A DNA stretch of 64,000 bases from Bdellovibrionales bacterium RIFOXYA1_FULL_36_14 (GCA_001769975.1 MEPW01000007.1:34734-98733); one strand, 5' to 3'; counted from the first letter of the stretch, positions 49,912 to 59,353 are shown. The notes: generated from the sequence alone by a model not told the origin. Translations and numbers: made by a program.

Positions 49912-50781
49912 TTAATTTTGATTAATTATCTCAATTATTTTTTTATACAATGGAGGTCTGGCTCCCACAATCGATGATTGGAAGGGATGAAAATTTTCTC
50001 CCGAATAATTGGTAATCCTGCCCCCAGCCTCCTTCAAAATCAATCCAGCCGCTGCCACATCCCAAGGAGATAAATTTTTTTCAAAAAAACCGTCCCACAA
50101 ACCAGAAGCTACATAACAAATATCCAAAGCTGCACTACCAAAACGTCTTACTCCTCTGGACGTACATACTAGCTTTTTAAAAAGTTTAAATTCGCTATGG
50201 ACCGGCACACCTTTTTCGCTAGCAAAACCAGTTACCCAAATAGTATCTTGAATATTTTTGAAATTTTTATCTATAAACAATTTTCTTTTTTTATGATGAT
50301 GTGAAGGTCCCACATAAAAAGCACCATACGAAGAAATCGCATAAAACAATTCACCAGTTGCTGGTCGGTGAATAACTCCAATTAGCGGTACTCCAAAGTG
50401 TACCAAGGCAATAGAAATACAATAATAATCAGAACCATTTAAAAAATTATGGGTACCGTCCAAAGGATCCACCACCCACAAAGCTTCTTGATTCTTTAGT
50501 TGCTCGTATGCTGCCGAGGTTTGATGAAGTTGATAAAAATTTTCCTCACCTAAAATATGGTGTGATGGATATTTTTTTTTGATTCTATCAAATATCTTTT
50601 TTTCTGTAGCGATGTCCGCCTTGGAGACGACGCCTTGGGCTTGTTTGTTATCAACTTTTAAAGAATGTATCTTTTTTTGGAATTGTAAAAGAGTTTTTCC
50701 TGCATCTTGAGAAAGTTCAATCGCAAAATTTTGCATTTCATATAATTGTTTCTTAGAGAATTTATTGGTCTTTGTTTTCAT
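49912..50781 (-). CDS. Inositol monophosphatase family protein (SuhB-like)
   Basis: Motifs LGEE, WVVDPLDGT and WDVAAG. The start is uncertain (50781 is preferred; 50844 is the track maximum). Confidence 0.75.
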   Translation of the reverse strand: MKTKTNKFSKKQLYEMQNFAIELSQDAGKTLLQFQKKIHSLKVDNKQAQGVVSKADIATEKKIFDRIKKKYPSHHILGEENFYQLHQTSAAYEQLKNQEALWVVDPLDGTHNFLNGSDYYCISIALVHFGVPLIGVIHRPATGELFYAISSYGAFYVGPSHHHKKRKLFIDKNFKNIQDTIWVTGFASEKGVPVHSEFKLFKKLVCTSRGVRRFGSAALDICYVASGLWDGFFEKNLSPWDVAAAGLILKEAGGRITNYSGENFHPFQSSIVGARPPLYKKIIEIINQN

Positions 50782-50968
50782 CTGAGATCTCACTATCAGA
50801 TTCATCATCATCCTGGTCTTTATGACTAATGACATACTCTTCACTTAACCACTTGCCCAGGTCAATCATTTTACATCTGTAGGAACAAAAAGGTCTAAAT
50901 TCACTTTGGTAATAATTGAATTTTTTTTTGCATTTAGGGCATTTAATTTCTAGTGTTTTATTCTTCAT
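50762..50968 (-). CDS. yacG: YacG-like zinc-finger protein (DNA gyrase inhibitor family)
   Basis: CPKCKK...FCSYRCKMIDLGKW is the YacG signature, followed by an acidic tail. Start at ATG 50968. Confidence 0.7.
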   Translation of the reverse strand: MKNKTLEIKCPKCKKKFNYYQSEFRPFCSYRCKMIDLGKWLSEEYVISHKDQDDDESDSEISDENKDQ

Positions 50969-51836
50969 AATTTTTACAATAGCTTTCAAATAAGCTGATT
51001 AATTGCTTGGTGAATGCCTCGGCATGTTGGGGTTTTATAAATTGCTTTTGCTCTATGCATGAAATAACCCGTATTCCTTTTACCGAACTCGAAAGCCAAG
51101 CTTCGTCGGCATTTAGTAAATCATTTTTTGTATAAAATCCTTCTTTAATTTCCCATGCATTTTCCTTTAAACATTTTATAAAATGACTTCTAGTAACTCC
51201 ATCCAAAATACCTGCTTTGACATCCGGTGTATAAATCGTATTACCTAATCTAAAAAAAAGATTACTCGTAACACCTTCTAAAAGAATATTATCTTGATTT
51301 ACTAAAACAACATCCTCAAACCCTCTCTCTCTGGCATTCCTAAGCATTTTAGCAGACTCCATATAAGATCCAATCTTTATGCAGGCTGGTTGATTACTTT
51401 TATCTTGTTTGCATACATCAAATGCCACCGTGATTTCACTAATAGCTTTTAAACTGTAATCAATTGGATTAGCTGTAATAAAAAATTTAATACTATCGGG
51501 TTTTTTTCCCAGATCAGTTCTATCCTCATTGAAAGGATAAAGGGTGATTCTTAAAGAGATATCCATTTCAGAGTTTTGTAAGGTTTGCTGTAATTGCAAA
51601 ATACCCTGTAAAATTTGACGACGTAGCGTCTCCCATGTGAATATATTTTCACTATAAAAATAATCCAAATTCATTTTTAAACGGCTTAAATGATCGTCAA
51701 GAAATAGAATTTTCCCGTTATAGGTTCTAAACGTTGTAAAAATAGTTTCCCCAAATAAAACCCCCCGATTATCAAATCGGAGCCCCCCACTATTTAGATC
51801 AACAACATTATTACCATCAAAAATCAAGGTCTCCAT
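50958..51836 (-). CDS. Fold-type IV PLP enzyme (aminodeoxychorismate lyase / branched-chain aminotransferase-like)
   Basis: The EGVTSNLFF and TPDVKAGILDGVTRS motifs are characteristic of class IV aminotransferases. 292 aa. Confidence 0.65.
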   Translation of the reverse strand: METLIFDGNNVVDLNSGGLRFDNRGVLFGETIFTTFRTYNGKILFLDDHLSRLKMNLDYFYSENIFTWETLRRQILQGILQLQQTLQNSEMDISLRITLYPFNEDRTDLGKKPDSIKFFITANPIDYSLKAISEITVAFDVCKQDKSNQPACIKIGSYMESAKMLRNARERGFEDVVLVNQDNILLEGVTSNLFFRLGNTIYTPDVKAGILDGVTRSHFIKCLKENAWEIKEGFYTKNDLLNADEAWLSSSVKGIRVISCIEQKQFIKPQHAEAFTKQLISLFESYCKNYEE

Positions 51837-51897
51837 TTGACTGATCCCGATTGTTTTATTTTTGGTTATAATACCGGATTAATTCATAATGGCAAAT

Positions 51898-53418
51898 CTA
51901 CTTTTTTTCAAATTTAGAAAGTAAATTATGGATTTTCATATAATCGAACGGTTTCATCAAACACCCGTCCGAATACATTGAAATTTCAGATCCAATTTTT
52001 TCCACAATTCCTGTCATTATAAAAATTTTCCCCTCAAAACCGGGTAACTTTTTAATTTTTTTGATCATTTCCTCGCCATCCATATTAGGCATTAAAAGGT
52101 CTGTAAACACATACTTGTAACTATTTTTCATAACAAAATCTAAACCAGCTTCCCCATCGTTTGCAATATCCACCACAAAGCCCATCTTGGATAAACGCTC
52201 TCCAAGAATATTTCGAATTTCACTTTCATCATCAACTACTAGAACCCTCCCCTCCATCAGGGGACTTACAAGATTTAAATGCGGTGTTGAATCTGTTTTA
52301 GATAATGGTAATTTTATATTAAAAGTAGCACCCATCTGGGGTTGACTGATTAAATCAATATTTCCACCACTGGCCTCGATAATATTTTTAACAATCCCCA
52401 GTCCTAAACCGCTTCCTTTTCCAACTTCCTTGGTAGTAAAAAAAGTATCAAAGATCTTCTCTTGCACTTCTAGGGTCATGCCAGTCCCATTATCTGTAAT
52501 TTTTACTACTCCCCAATCTTCATCGATCATGGTTTTTATAACAATAATTCTTCTTTTGTTATATTCAGTAGCATCTTTGGCATTTGACAATAGATGGGTA
52601 ATGACTTGTTGAAATTTATTGAAATTACCAAGTATCCAAAAATTTCCTTTTGAGTATTCCTTGATAATATTTACGTTGGCTTTTTCGAACACCATATACA
52701 ACATGTCTAAAACATTATCGATTACTTCATGCATATCAATTCTAACTACTTCAACATCATTTTTACAAGCATAGCTTCTTAATCCACTAACTATGTTCGC
52801 AATCCGATTAGCCGCCATTTTCTGTTTTTGGATATTATTTAATAATTCCGTTTTAGAATATTCATCTTTATTTATTTTCGCTTCAAACAGTTCTATATAC
52901 CCATTGATAATGGCCAGAGGGTTATTAATTTCATGCCCGACACCTGCCGCCAATTGCCCTAAGGAAGCTAATTTAGATGATTGAAATAATTTTTTCAGCA
53001 TGATTTCTTTTTCATTTTCCATTTGAACTTGCAGTGAAATATCCTCTAAAAAACACACTACATATCTTGGTCTGCCAAATTCATCATCAATTCTGTTAAA
53101 AGACATTTTTCCGTGAATGATTTTATGATTGCCCTTAATTAACTTTTTCTCAACAGTACAAGAATTAATTTCACGTTTCCCCAGTTTCAAAAAGGTATCA
53201 GTATCAATTCCTTGATTATCAATGTGCGTAAAATCATTTAAGGTTTTTGCAATCATATCCTCCTGTGCTTGCCCCATTATTTCACATGCTCTTTGGTTAA
53301 CTTTTAAAATGACCCCACTGGGGTCAAAAAATATAATCCCCACGTGGGCATGTTCATACATTGATTGATATACATCATGATCAATTGTGAGAGAAGATTT
53401 TCTTAATGGACTAATCAT
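51898..53418 (-). CDS. Hybrid sensor histidine kinase (PAS - HisKA - HATPase - receiver)
   Basis: PAS region, H-box GHEINNPLAII, N box, DNGTGM, GSGLGLG and a C-terminal receiver (VLVVDDE...TDLLMPNMDG...MKP). Confidence 0.85.
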   Translation of the reverse strand: MISPLRKSSLTIDHDVYQSMYEHAHVGIIFFDPSGVILKVNQRACEIMGQAQEDMIAKTLNDFTHIDNQGIDTDTFLKLGKREINSCTVEKKLIKGNHKIIHGKMSFNRIDDEFGRPRYVVCFLEDISLQVQMENEKEIMLKKLFQSSKLASLGQLAAGVGHEINNPLAIINGYIELFEAKINKDEYSKTELLNNIQKQKMAANRIANIVSGLRSYACKNDVEVVRIDMHEVIDNVLDMLYMVFEKANVNIIKEYSKGNFWILGNFNKFQQVITHLLSNAKDATEYNKRRIIVIKTMIDEDWGVVKITDNGTGMTLEVQEKIFDTFFTTKEVGKGSGLGLGIVKNIIEASGGNIDLISQPQMGATFNIKLPLSKTDSTPHLNLVSPLMEGRVLVVDDESEIRNILGERLSKMGFVVDIANDGEAGLDFVMKNSYKYVFTDLLMPNMDGEEMIKKIKKLPGFEGKIFIMTGIVEKIGSEISMYSDGCLMKPFDYMKIHNLLSKFEKK

Positions 53419-53559
53419 TTATATTTTCACTTGTTTAACGTACGTTGTTCATTATCCTGATCGGTATTTTTTAAGAAAAATTATGGTTAATCAGGGTTTA
53501 TTGAGCGTCTATGTTATAACGGTAGGCAGAAAGAACTGAACTCATTCATAATGATATAT

Positions 53560-53958
53560 TTATACTAAATCACTTAGGTAATATTTTTTGAAAACATCTT
53601 TTAAATCTTTTCCAATCTTTGACCAAATCTCTCTTGCTTTGCAATCAGATGATTTCAAACAGTTCCCTGGTTGATCGATGCAAAAAACAAGATCTATAGG
53701 CCCCTCCACTGCTTCAAAAATCTCTTCTATGGATATTTTATTGGCATCTTTGCCAAGTTCATACCCCCCCAGTTTTCCTTTATAACTATTCACCAGTTTT
53801 TTATCTTGTAGTTTAACTAATAAGGAGGCTAAATATTTAATAGAAAGATCCTGACCTTTCGCAATTTCCTTCAAGGTTATTTTTTTTTGACCTTTTATCT
53901 TAGCCAATTCAACCATTGCCCTTAAGGCGTATCTACCTTTCGTTGAAATTTTCATCAT
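53560..53958 (-). CDS. Rrf2-family transcriptional regulator with a 3-Cys cluster motif
   Basis: MKISTKGRYALRAM N-terminal wHTH and C-x6-C-x5-C (CIDQPGNCLKSSDC), as in the Fe-S binding IscR/NsrR-type members. Confidence 0.85.
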   Translation of the reverse strand: MMKISTKGRYALRAMVELAKIKGQKKITLKEIAKGQDLSIKYLASLLVKLQDKKLVNSYKGKLGGYELGKDANKISIEEIFEAVEGPIDLVFCIDQPGNCLKSSDCKAREIWSKIGKDLKDVFKKYYLSDLV

Positions 53959-54069
53959 ATTGCCTTTATTAAATACTTATATAGTGGAGAAAATCAGTCT
54001 TTTTATAACATATCAAGGTGGAAATATAAAATTAATTATGAAGGTAAAAAATATTTTCCTCAATTAAAG

Positions 54070-54087
54070 ATTTAAGAATTCTTAAAT
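54070..54087. promoter_or_regulatory. Perfect 18-bp palindrome in the rrf2 / FIST-kinase divergent intergenic region
   Basis: atttaagaa|ttcttaaat. Lies 51 nt upstream of the FIST gene ATG and 112 nt upstream of the rrf2 ATG. Candidate Rrf2 operator. Confidence 0.4.
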
Positions 54088-54137
54088 CAACTAACTACTT
54101 TATCCACCGAATAGCCTAATGTAAGTTTAGGGAGCAA

Positions 54138-55259
54138 ATGATGCGTTATATTTTTAATGAGAAAGTCGATTTGGAATGTCTTTCTCACGATTTAAAGCAA
54201 ATGGAAGAAGATAATCAAATCAAGACGATTTGTATTTATACAACTTATAATAATCCAGTCAATCCAGAGTATTTTTTTGAAGTGTTCTCAAAATGTGAAA
54301 AGCAAATATTTGGCGCTTTTTTCCCTGGAATTATTTATAAGTCATCAGTATTTATGACCGGTTATTTACTCGTTGGTTTCGACTCACACTATAATATAAA
54401 TAGTCATGTTATTCAGGAGCTAAGTGATAAAAATATTAATGAACTGGAAAAAGATATTAAGAATTTAAACTTCAATCAAGCCGAAGTTAAAACAGTTTTG
54501 ATCACTCTAGATGCCTTTTCAAAAGGAATAAAAAATTTTATCAATGCTTTTTTTAATATCTATTCACTTAACTATAATTACGTAGGGGGAGGTGCTGGTG
54601 CGGTGGATTTCATTTCCAGGCCCTGTGTGTTTGATAATAATGGGATCTACAAAGACAGTGCTTTGATTGTAACTATTAACCTGGCAAGCGTTGTTGGCAC
54701 AAACCATGGTTTCAATCCGATTGATGGACCTTTCTTGGTTACTAAATCATCCGAAAATATCATAGAGGAAATTGAATATGAGCCAGCCTTTGATTTTTAT
54801 AAAAAAATAATAGCTAAGCATCATCCTCATCCTATTGAAGGTAATGATTTTTTTGAAATTTTTAAAAACTACCCTTTAGGTATACCTAAATTACAGTCAG
54901 AGGCCATTATTCGCGAAGCCGCAAAAATAATCAATAAAACCGCCATTGAATGTTTCAGTTCATTTCCCGAACATACTTCCATTTTTGTGATGAATGGCAA
55001 TAATGAATCTTTCATTAAAGGCTCTATGCTAGCGTCACTTGAAGCAGACAACGAGGAAGTGGATTCCTTTGCTTTCGTCCTCGACTGTTTTTCCCGAGCT
55101 AACATTTTAGGCGATGAATACTCAAAGATGTTAAATCTAATAAGGCTAAGAGATGAAATGATTTTTGGTGCTCTAAATATTGGGGAAATTGCTAGCAAGC
55201 AAAAAAATTATTTAGAATATTTGAACAAAGCCTGTGTTATTACCCGGTTTATTTTATGA
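54138..55259 (+). CDS. FIST-domain sensory protein
   Basis: 373 aa. The layout and motifs (...GAFFPGIIY..., ...YVGGGAG...) fit the FIST_N plus FIST_C architecture. ATGA overlap with the downstream kinase gene. Confidence 0.6.
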   Translation: MMRYIFNEKVDLECLSHDLKQMEEDNQIKTICIYTTYNNPVNPEYFFEVFSKCEKQIFGAFFPGIIYKSSVFMTGYLLVGFDSHYNINSHVIQELSDKNINELEKDIKNLNFNQAEVKTVLITLDAFSKGIKNFINAFFNIYSLNYNYVGGGAGAVDFISRPCVFDNNGIYKDSALIVTINLASVVGTNHGFNPIDGPFLVTKSSENIIEEIEYEPAFDFYKKIIAKHHPHPIEGNDFFEIFKNYPLGIPKLQSEAIIREAAKIINKTAIECFSSFPEHTSIFVMNGNNESFIKGSMLASLEADNEEVDSFAFVLDCFSRANILGDEYSKMLNLIRLRDEMIFGALNIGEIASKQKNYLEYLNKACVITRFIL

Positions 55260-56812
55260 TTAATGAGAATTTATTTAAATATAGTATTTTACTTGATTTG
55301 TCGCTTTCTTTGTCAACCACATCTGACTCTACAACCCTTATAAAGAATGTTTTAATAAAAATTATTCGGTCCCTTAATTGCTCCTCCGGCAGTATTTATA
55401 TGATCAATCGGATTTCTTCTGAGGAAGGTACCCTCAAAAAAATGGCTTGCATTCCTTATTCAATAGACCAAATCGAGGACAAATTTAGCAAAATTATCGC
55501 CATTAATCATGCCTATAAACTTAAAACTATACATGAGCTACTTGAATCATTTCCCATGACTCAGCAATTAGATAGCCAGAGTTTTTATCACTTTCTACCG
55601 TTGCCAGAACTAGGGTTTATTTTTCTAGAAACTAAAGGAAAACAAATAGAAAATAGTTTTTTAAAAATGCTAAATCCGATACTAATTAGAATTACTGATA
55701 TTATTTTTAGCAATTCTCAAAAAGTTAATCTAATGGAATTTAGAAATATGTTCGAAGCAGTTGATGATTATATAGTTATGTACGATCATAAACAAGATCA
55801 AATTCTAGATGGTAATATTGCGTTTTGGTCAGTCTTAGAGAGATCAGAAACTCCTCCCTTGTATGAAAGTATAAAAAAATTTCTTGAAATTAATAACAGT
55901 AGCGATTTGTCTAACGAAATTGAATACATCTTAGCAAAACAAAAAATCACTGCTAATTTCAACATGGAAGGAAAAATTATCACACCTCAGAAAGAAATTC
56001 CGGTGGCGATAAGGATCTTAAGTAAGAGCGAGGACAGTACTGATAAAATTGCTTTTATCATGAAAGATCTTTCTATAAAAGAGGAACTTGAGAAACAAAA
56101 ATCAGTCTTTGAAGCCGGGCAACGTCTGGTGGGACTTGGAGAAATGGCCGGAAATATTGCGCATGAAATAAATAATCCGCTAGCGATTATTGCGGGAGCA
56201 GCTAAGCTGCTCGAGTTATCCTTAAAAAAATTTGATTTACCCAACGCCGAATCCATGTTTAGTCAGATTGAATATATAGAAAAAGCTACACAAAGAATGT
56301 CCACCATTATTACCAGCCTCAAAAGGGTATCCAGAGACGGCAGTTTGGAGGAAAACAAGATCACTCCTATTTATGAAATAATTCATGATGCACTAGATTT
56401 GAGTAATCATCGACTCAAACAAAATGCTATTAAACTTGAATATGATCAGAAAAACTTTAAAATTAATTGCAAGCTTACCCAAATTTCTCAAATCATTGTA
56501 AATCTTTTAAATAACTCCATTTATGCAGTTAAAACTTTATCTGAAAGATGGATTAAGATAGAAGAAGAAGAAACTCCCAACACCATAAGAATTCGCATTA
56601 CTGATAGCGGGAATGGCATATCAGAAGATACTCAAGTCAAAATGATGAATAAATACTATACATCAAAGCCTGCCGGGGAAGGGACCGGGATTGGACTAAG
56701 TCTTTCCCGAGAAATAATGATTAAACACAACGGAATTTTATTTTATGATAAACAGTGTATAAACACGTCATTTGTATTGGAGTTTCCTTCGATTGCCCAG
56801 CCCAATTTATAA
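55256..56812 (+). CDS. Cytoplasmic sensor histidine kinase (GAF/PAS-like N-terminus - HisKA - HATPase)
   Basis: H-box AHEINNPLAII, N box LLNNSIYA, DSGNGI and GTGIGLS. No TM helix is apparent. Confidence 0.85.
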   Translation: MINENLFKYSILLDLSLSLSTTSDSTTLIKNVLIKIIRSLNCSSGSIYMINRISSEEGTLKKMACIPYSIDQIEDKFSKIIAINHAYKLKTIHELLESFPMTQQLDSQSFYHFLPLPELGFIFLETKGKQIENSFLKMLNPILIRITDIIFSNSQKVNLMEFRNMFEAVDDYIVMYDHKQDQILDGNIAFWSVLERSETPPLYESIKKFLEINNSSDLSNEIEYILAKQKITANFNMEGKIITPQKEIPVAIRILSKSEDSTDKIAFIMKDLSIKEELEKQKSVFEAGQRLVGLGEMAGNIAHEINNPLAIIAGAAKLLELSLKKFDLPNAESMFSQIEYIEKATQRMSTIITSLKRVSRDGSLEENKITPIYEIIHDALDLSNHRLKQNAIKLEYDQKNFKINCKLTQISQIIVNLLNNSIYAVKTLSERWIKIEEEETPNTIRIRITDSGNGISEDTQVKMMNKYYTSKPAGEGTGIGLSLSREIMIKHNGILFYDKQCINTSFVLEFPSIAQPNL

Positions 56813-56851
56813 TGAGTCGGTTCGTCATTATTTAACTAACTTTTTAACAAT

Positions 56852-56885
56852 AAATTGGGCGTCTAATTTTAGACGCCCAATTTTT
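56852..56885. terminator. Bidirectional rho-independent terminator between the convergent kinase and hsp20 genes
   Basis: 13-bp perfect stem (aaattgggcgtct / agacgcccaattt) with a 6-nt loop. T-run on the plus strand and a U-rich tract on the minus strand. Confidence 0.85.
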
Positions 56886-57279
56886 ATCTAACTTCAATCA
56901 AACGAGGTTTTACTTTCTCTGCTTTAGGTATTGTCAAATATAATACACCATCTTCCATATTAGCTTTGATTTTCTCCTGGTTAATTTTCTCGCCTAGCTC
57001 AAAAACCCTCTCATAATGGCCAATATTATACTCACCGTAAAGAGGGCGATAATCTGCATACTCACTGGTTTCAATTTTTCCTCTAAGACTCAACATATTA
57101 TTGTCTAAATTTACTTCCACGGAACCCTTTTTTACTCCAGGCATTTCCACTTCCATCATTAGTGCATCATCGTTTTCGTAAATATCTACATCTGGTGTAA
57201 AGATTTTTTCTGCTCTCGTATATTCGTTTTTTTTCTCCAATTCATTTTTTCTTTTAATTTCTAACTCTTGTTTTGTCAT
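56884..57279 (-). CDS. Small heat-shock protein (Hsp20/alpha-crystallin)
   Basis: Alpha-crystallin core (PDVDIYE..., MEVEMPGVKK..., GVLYLTIPK). 131 aa. Confidence 0.88.
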   Translation of the reverse strand: MTKQELEIKRKNELEKKNEYTRAEKIFTPDVDIYENDDALMMEVEMPGVKKGSVEVNLDNNMLSLRGKIETSEYADYRPLYGEYNIGHYERVFELGEKINQEKIKANMEDGVLYLTIPKAEKVKPRLIEVR

Positions 57280-57293
57280 AAACCACCTCCTGC

Positions 57294-57701
57294 TTATTGA
57301 ATTTCAATAGTTCTAGTTTTGGAATTGTCATCTTTTTCCAAGGTTAACGTTAAAATTCCGTCAGCTAAAAAAGCCTGTACTTTCTCTGGATCAATTCTAT
57401 AGGGCAACTTCATAGATCGGTTAAAAGTACCAAACATTCTTTCTCTGCGGTGATATCTAACATTTTCTTTTTCAGAATTTTTCATCTCACCAGTCAAAGA
57501 AATAACATCGTTTTCCAGTTTAATCTGTAAATCTTGTTTTTTTAATCCGGGAACTTCAGCTTTTAAAACCAGCTTATCATCCATTTCAAACATGTTGATC
57601 CCAGGATAACTCCCCCTAGCAAAAGTGGTTCTACCCCAAAAGTCATTGTTAAAGATTCGGTCTAGTTCTCTTTGCGTATTAAAAATATCACTATAAAACA
57701 T
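57294..57701 (-). CDS. Small heat-shock protein (Hsp20/alpha-crystallin)
   Basis: Alpha-crystallin core (PGINMFE..., KAEVPGLKK..., GILTLTLEK). Start at ATG 57701, with AAGGAGG 5 nt upstream. Confidence 0.88.
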   Translation of the reverse strand: MFYSDIFNTQRELDRIFNNDFWGRTTFARGSYPGINMFEMDDKLVLKAEVPGLKKQDLQIKLENDVISLTGEMKNSEKENVRYHRRERMFGTFNRSMKLPYRIDPEKVQAFLADGILTLTLEKDDNSKTRTIEIQ

Positions 57702-57741
57702 ATCCACCTCCTTGATGCATTTTAAATTTTTCACACCCTCA

Positions 57742-57769
57742 AGATGGGTACCTTTTATTTATCGTCAAG
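57742..57769 (-). promoter_or_regulatory. Candidate sigma-32 (RpoH) heat-shock promoter for the hsp20-hsp20 operon
   Basis: The minus strand reads CTTGAC, a 14-nt spacer, then ACCCATCT. The consensus is CTTGAA-N13/14-CCCCATNT. About 40 nt upstream of ATG 57701. Confidence 0.55.
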
Positions 57770-57846
57770 TAGATTTATTATTTTTTTATTTTTTGCAAGG
57801 TAGGATTGACAATTTCTTTTTTGACACCATCTTATTTAGATGAATG

Positions 57847-58947
57847 TCACGTTCTTGGCAACTTAACTAAAAAAGTAGTTCCTGATTTTTCTAAAGATTC
57901 AAAATCAATCATACCGCTTAAGTATTTTTCTGTGAATAATTTCATACTATAAGTACCGAGACCTCGTCCTTTTCCTTTTGTAGAAAAGGACCTTTTGAAA
58001 ATTTTAGCCTGAATTTCTTCTGGTATATATCCTTCGTTGTGGATCATCAATTTAACATATTTTTTATCCACGTGGGTTTTTATGGTAACTAAAGATTCTT
58101 TGTTAGAAGCTTCAATGGCATTTTTTATCATATTTACAATAACTCTTCTTAATATAGTTTCATCTGTTTCAATTACCATCCCCTCTAAAGCATGATCAAA
58201 TTCAAATAATAGCCGGTTTTCCTTATATATTTCCTGCAAAAGAATTATAATTTCCTGAATAAACGTACGTATTTCTATTGGAGAAAAACGGATTTGCAAC
58301 TCACCATTTTCAGCATCTGCCAAAATTTTTTGACCTTTAACTTCATCCCACATCTTGTCATAAGTTTTTTTGACTCTTTCAAATTTAATTGAATTATTTT
58401 TATCCTTTTCAAGCATAAGTAAATGTCCATTCATAATCGTCATAGTGTTACTGATATCATGAAAAAATATTCTTTCAAGCATGCGACGTCTCTTTTCGTT
58501 TGAAATATCCTTAATAATGAGCAACGTATAGCGGTTACTCATCACTTCAAACAAAACAGGTCGAACTAAAAATTCCAACACCTTATTATTTTTTTGCAAG
58601 AAAGATATTTCATATTCCTTGATTTCAGCAGTACCTTGAAACAATTTATTAACTGTGCAATGATTACAAAAAGTGGCCTGGCCACATTCTTTAGCTCCGT
58701 CTGCAACGTTACTACACGAAATATATGTACCAAATCGTTTTCCGAGAACTTGTTGATTATTGTCAGCAATATTTTTAAATATTTTATTGCAATATATAAT
58801 TTGACCGGCATTATTTAAAACGACTATAGAACAAAAAACTTCATTCAAAACCAAGCTACCTACAGCCGATGATTCAAAAAATATTTTCACTTCCTGATTT
58901 TGTAAAATGATATTTTCTGGAATTGGTTCGCTTATTTGCTTATCCAT
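57847..58947 (-). CDS. Cytoplasmic sensor histidine kinase with a Cys-rich PAS-like domain
   Basis: H-box FFHDISNTM, N box NMIKNAIEA and G2 box GRGLGT. The PAS-like N-terminal domain carries C-x9-C-x5-C-x2-C (Cys78/88/94/97). Confidence 0.8.
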   Translation of the reverse strand: MDKQISEPIPENIILQNQEVKIFFESSAVGSLVLNEVFCSIVVLNNAGQIIYCNKIFKNIADNNQQVLGKRFGTYISCSNVADGAKECGQATFCNHCTVNKLFQGTAEIKEYEISFLQKNNKVLEFLVRPVLFEVMSNRYTLLIIKDISNEKRRRMLERIFFHDISNTMTIMNGHLLMLEKDKNNSIKFERVKKTYDKMWDEVKGQKILADAENGELQIRFSPIEIRTFIQEIIILLQEIYKENRLLFEFDHALEGMVIETDETILRRVIVNMIKNAIEASNKESLVTIKTHVDKKYVKLMIHNEGYIPEEIQAKIFKRSFSTKGKGRGLGTYSMKLFTEKYLSGMIDFESLEKSGTTFLVKLPRT

Positions 58948-59104
58948 ACACGCTTGATTTTAGCCTTGTTTATCTCTATTAAGTAATTTTAATCTTTTCT
59001 TGGGTTATAACCAAAGGAATATTTATAAATATTAGAAACAAATCCAGAAAACCAATTTCGCATTACTTGATTCTACAAGTTAGGAATTTAATATAAGATT
59101 AAAT

Positions 59105-59353
59105 CTATCCATCATTACCTATAGCGCCAATAGGACATGCATCCATTTGTTCTTGCACTAAAGTTTCCTCACTTGGGTTGTTCGGCTGACGGGTTACATA
59201 GGCTTCCCCGTTCTCGTCTTCTGCAAAAATGCTAGGTAAGGAGCCATAACATACTCCACAAGCAATACAGCCCTCTCCACTATCATCTGCTGAAGATGTA
59301 CAATACCATTTACCATTGACATTTTTTGAATGTTTCATTAGTTTATTGGCCAT
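59105..59353 (-). CDS. Small ferredoxin (single Fe-S cluster type)
   Basis: 82 aa, with CIACGVC ... CP(IGAI) cluster ligands. The YCTSSADDSGEGC segment adds two more Cys. Confidence 0.75.
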   Translation of the reverse strand: MANKLMKHSKNVNGKWYCTSSADDSGEGCIACGVCYGSLPSIFAEDENGEAYVTRQPNNPSEETLVQEQMDACPIGAIGNDG

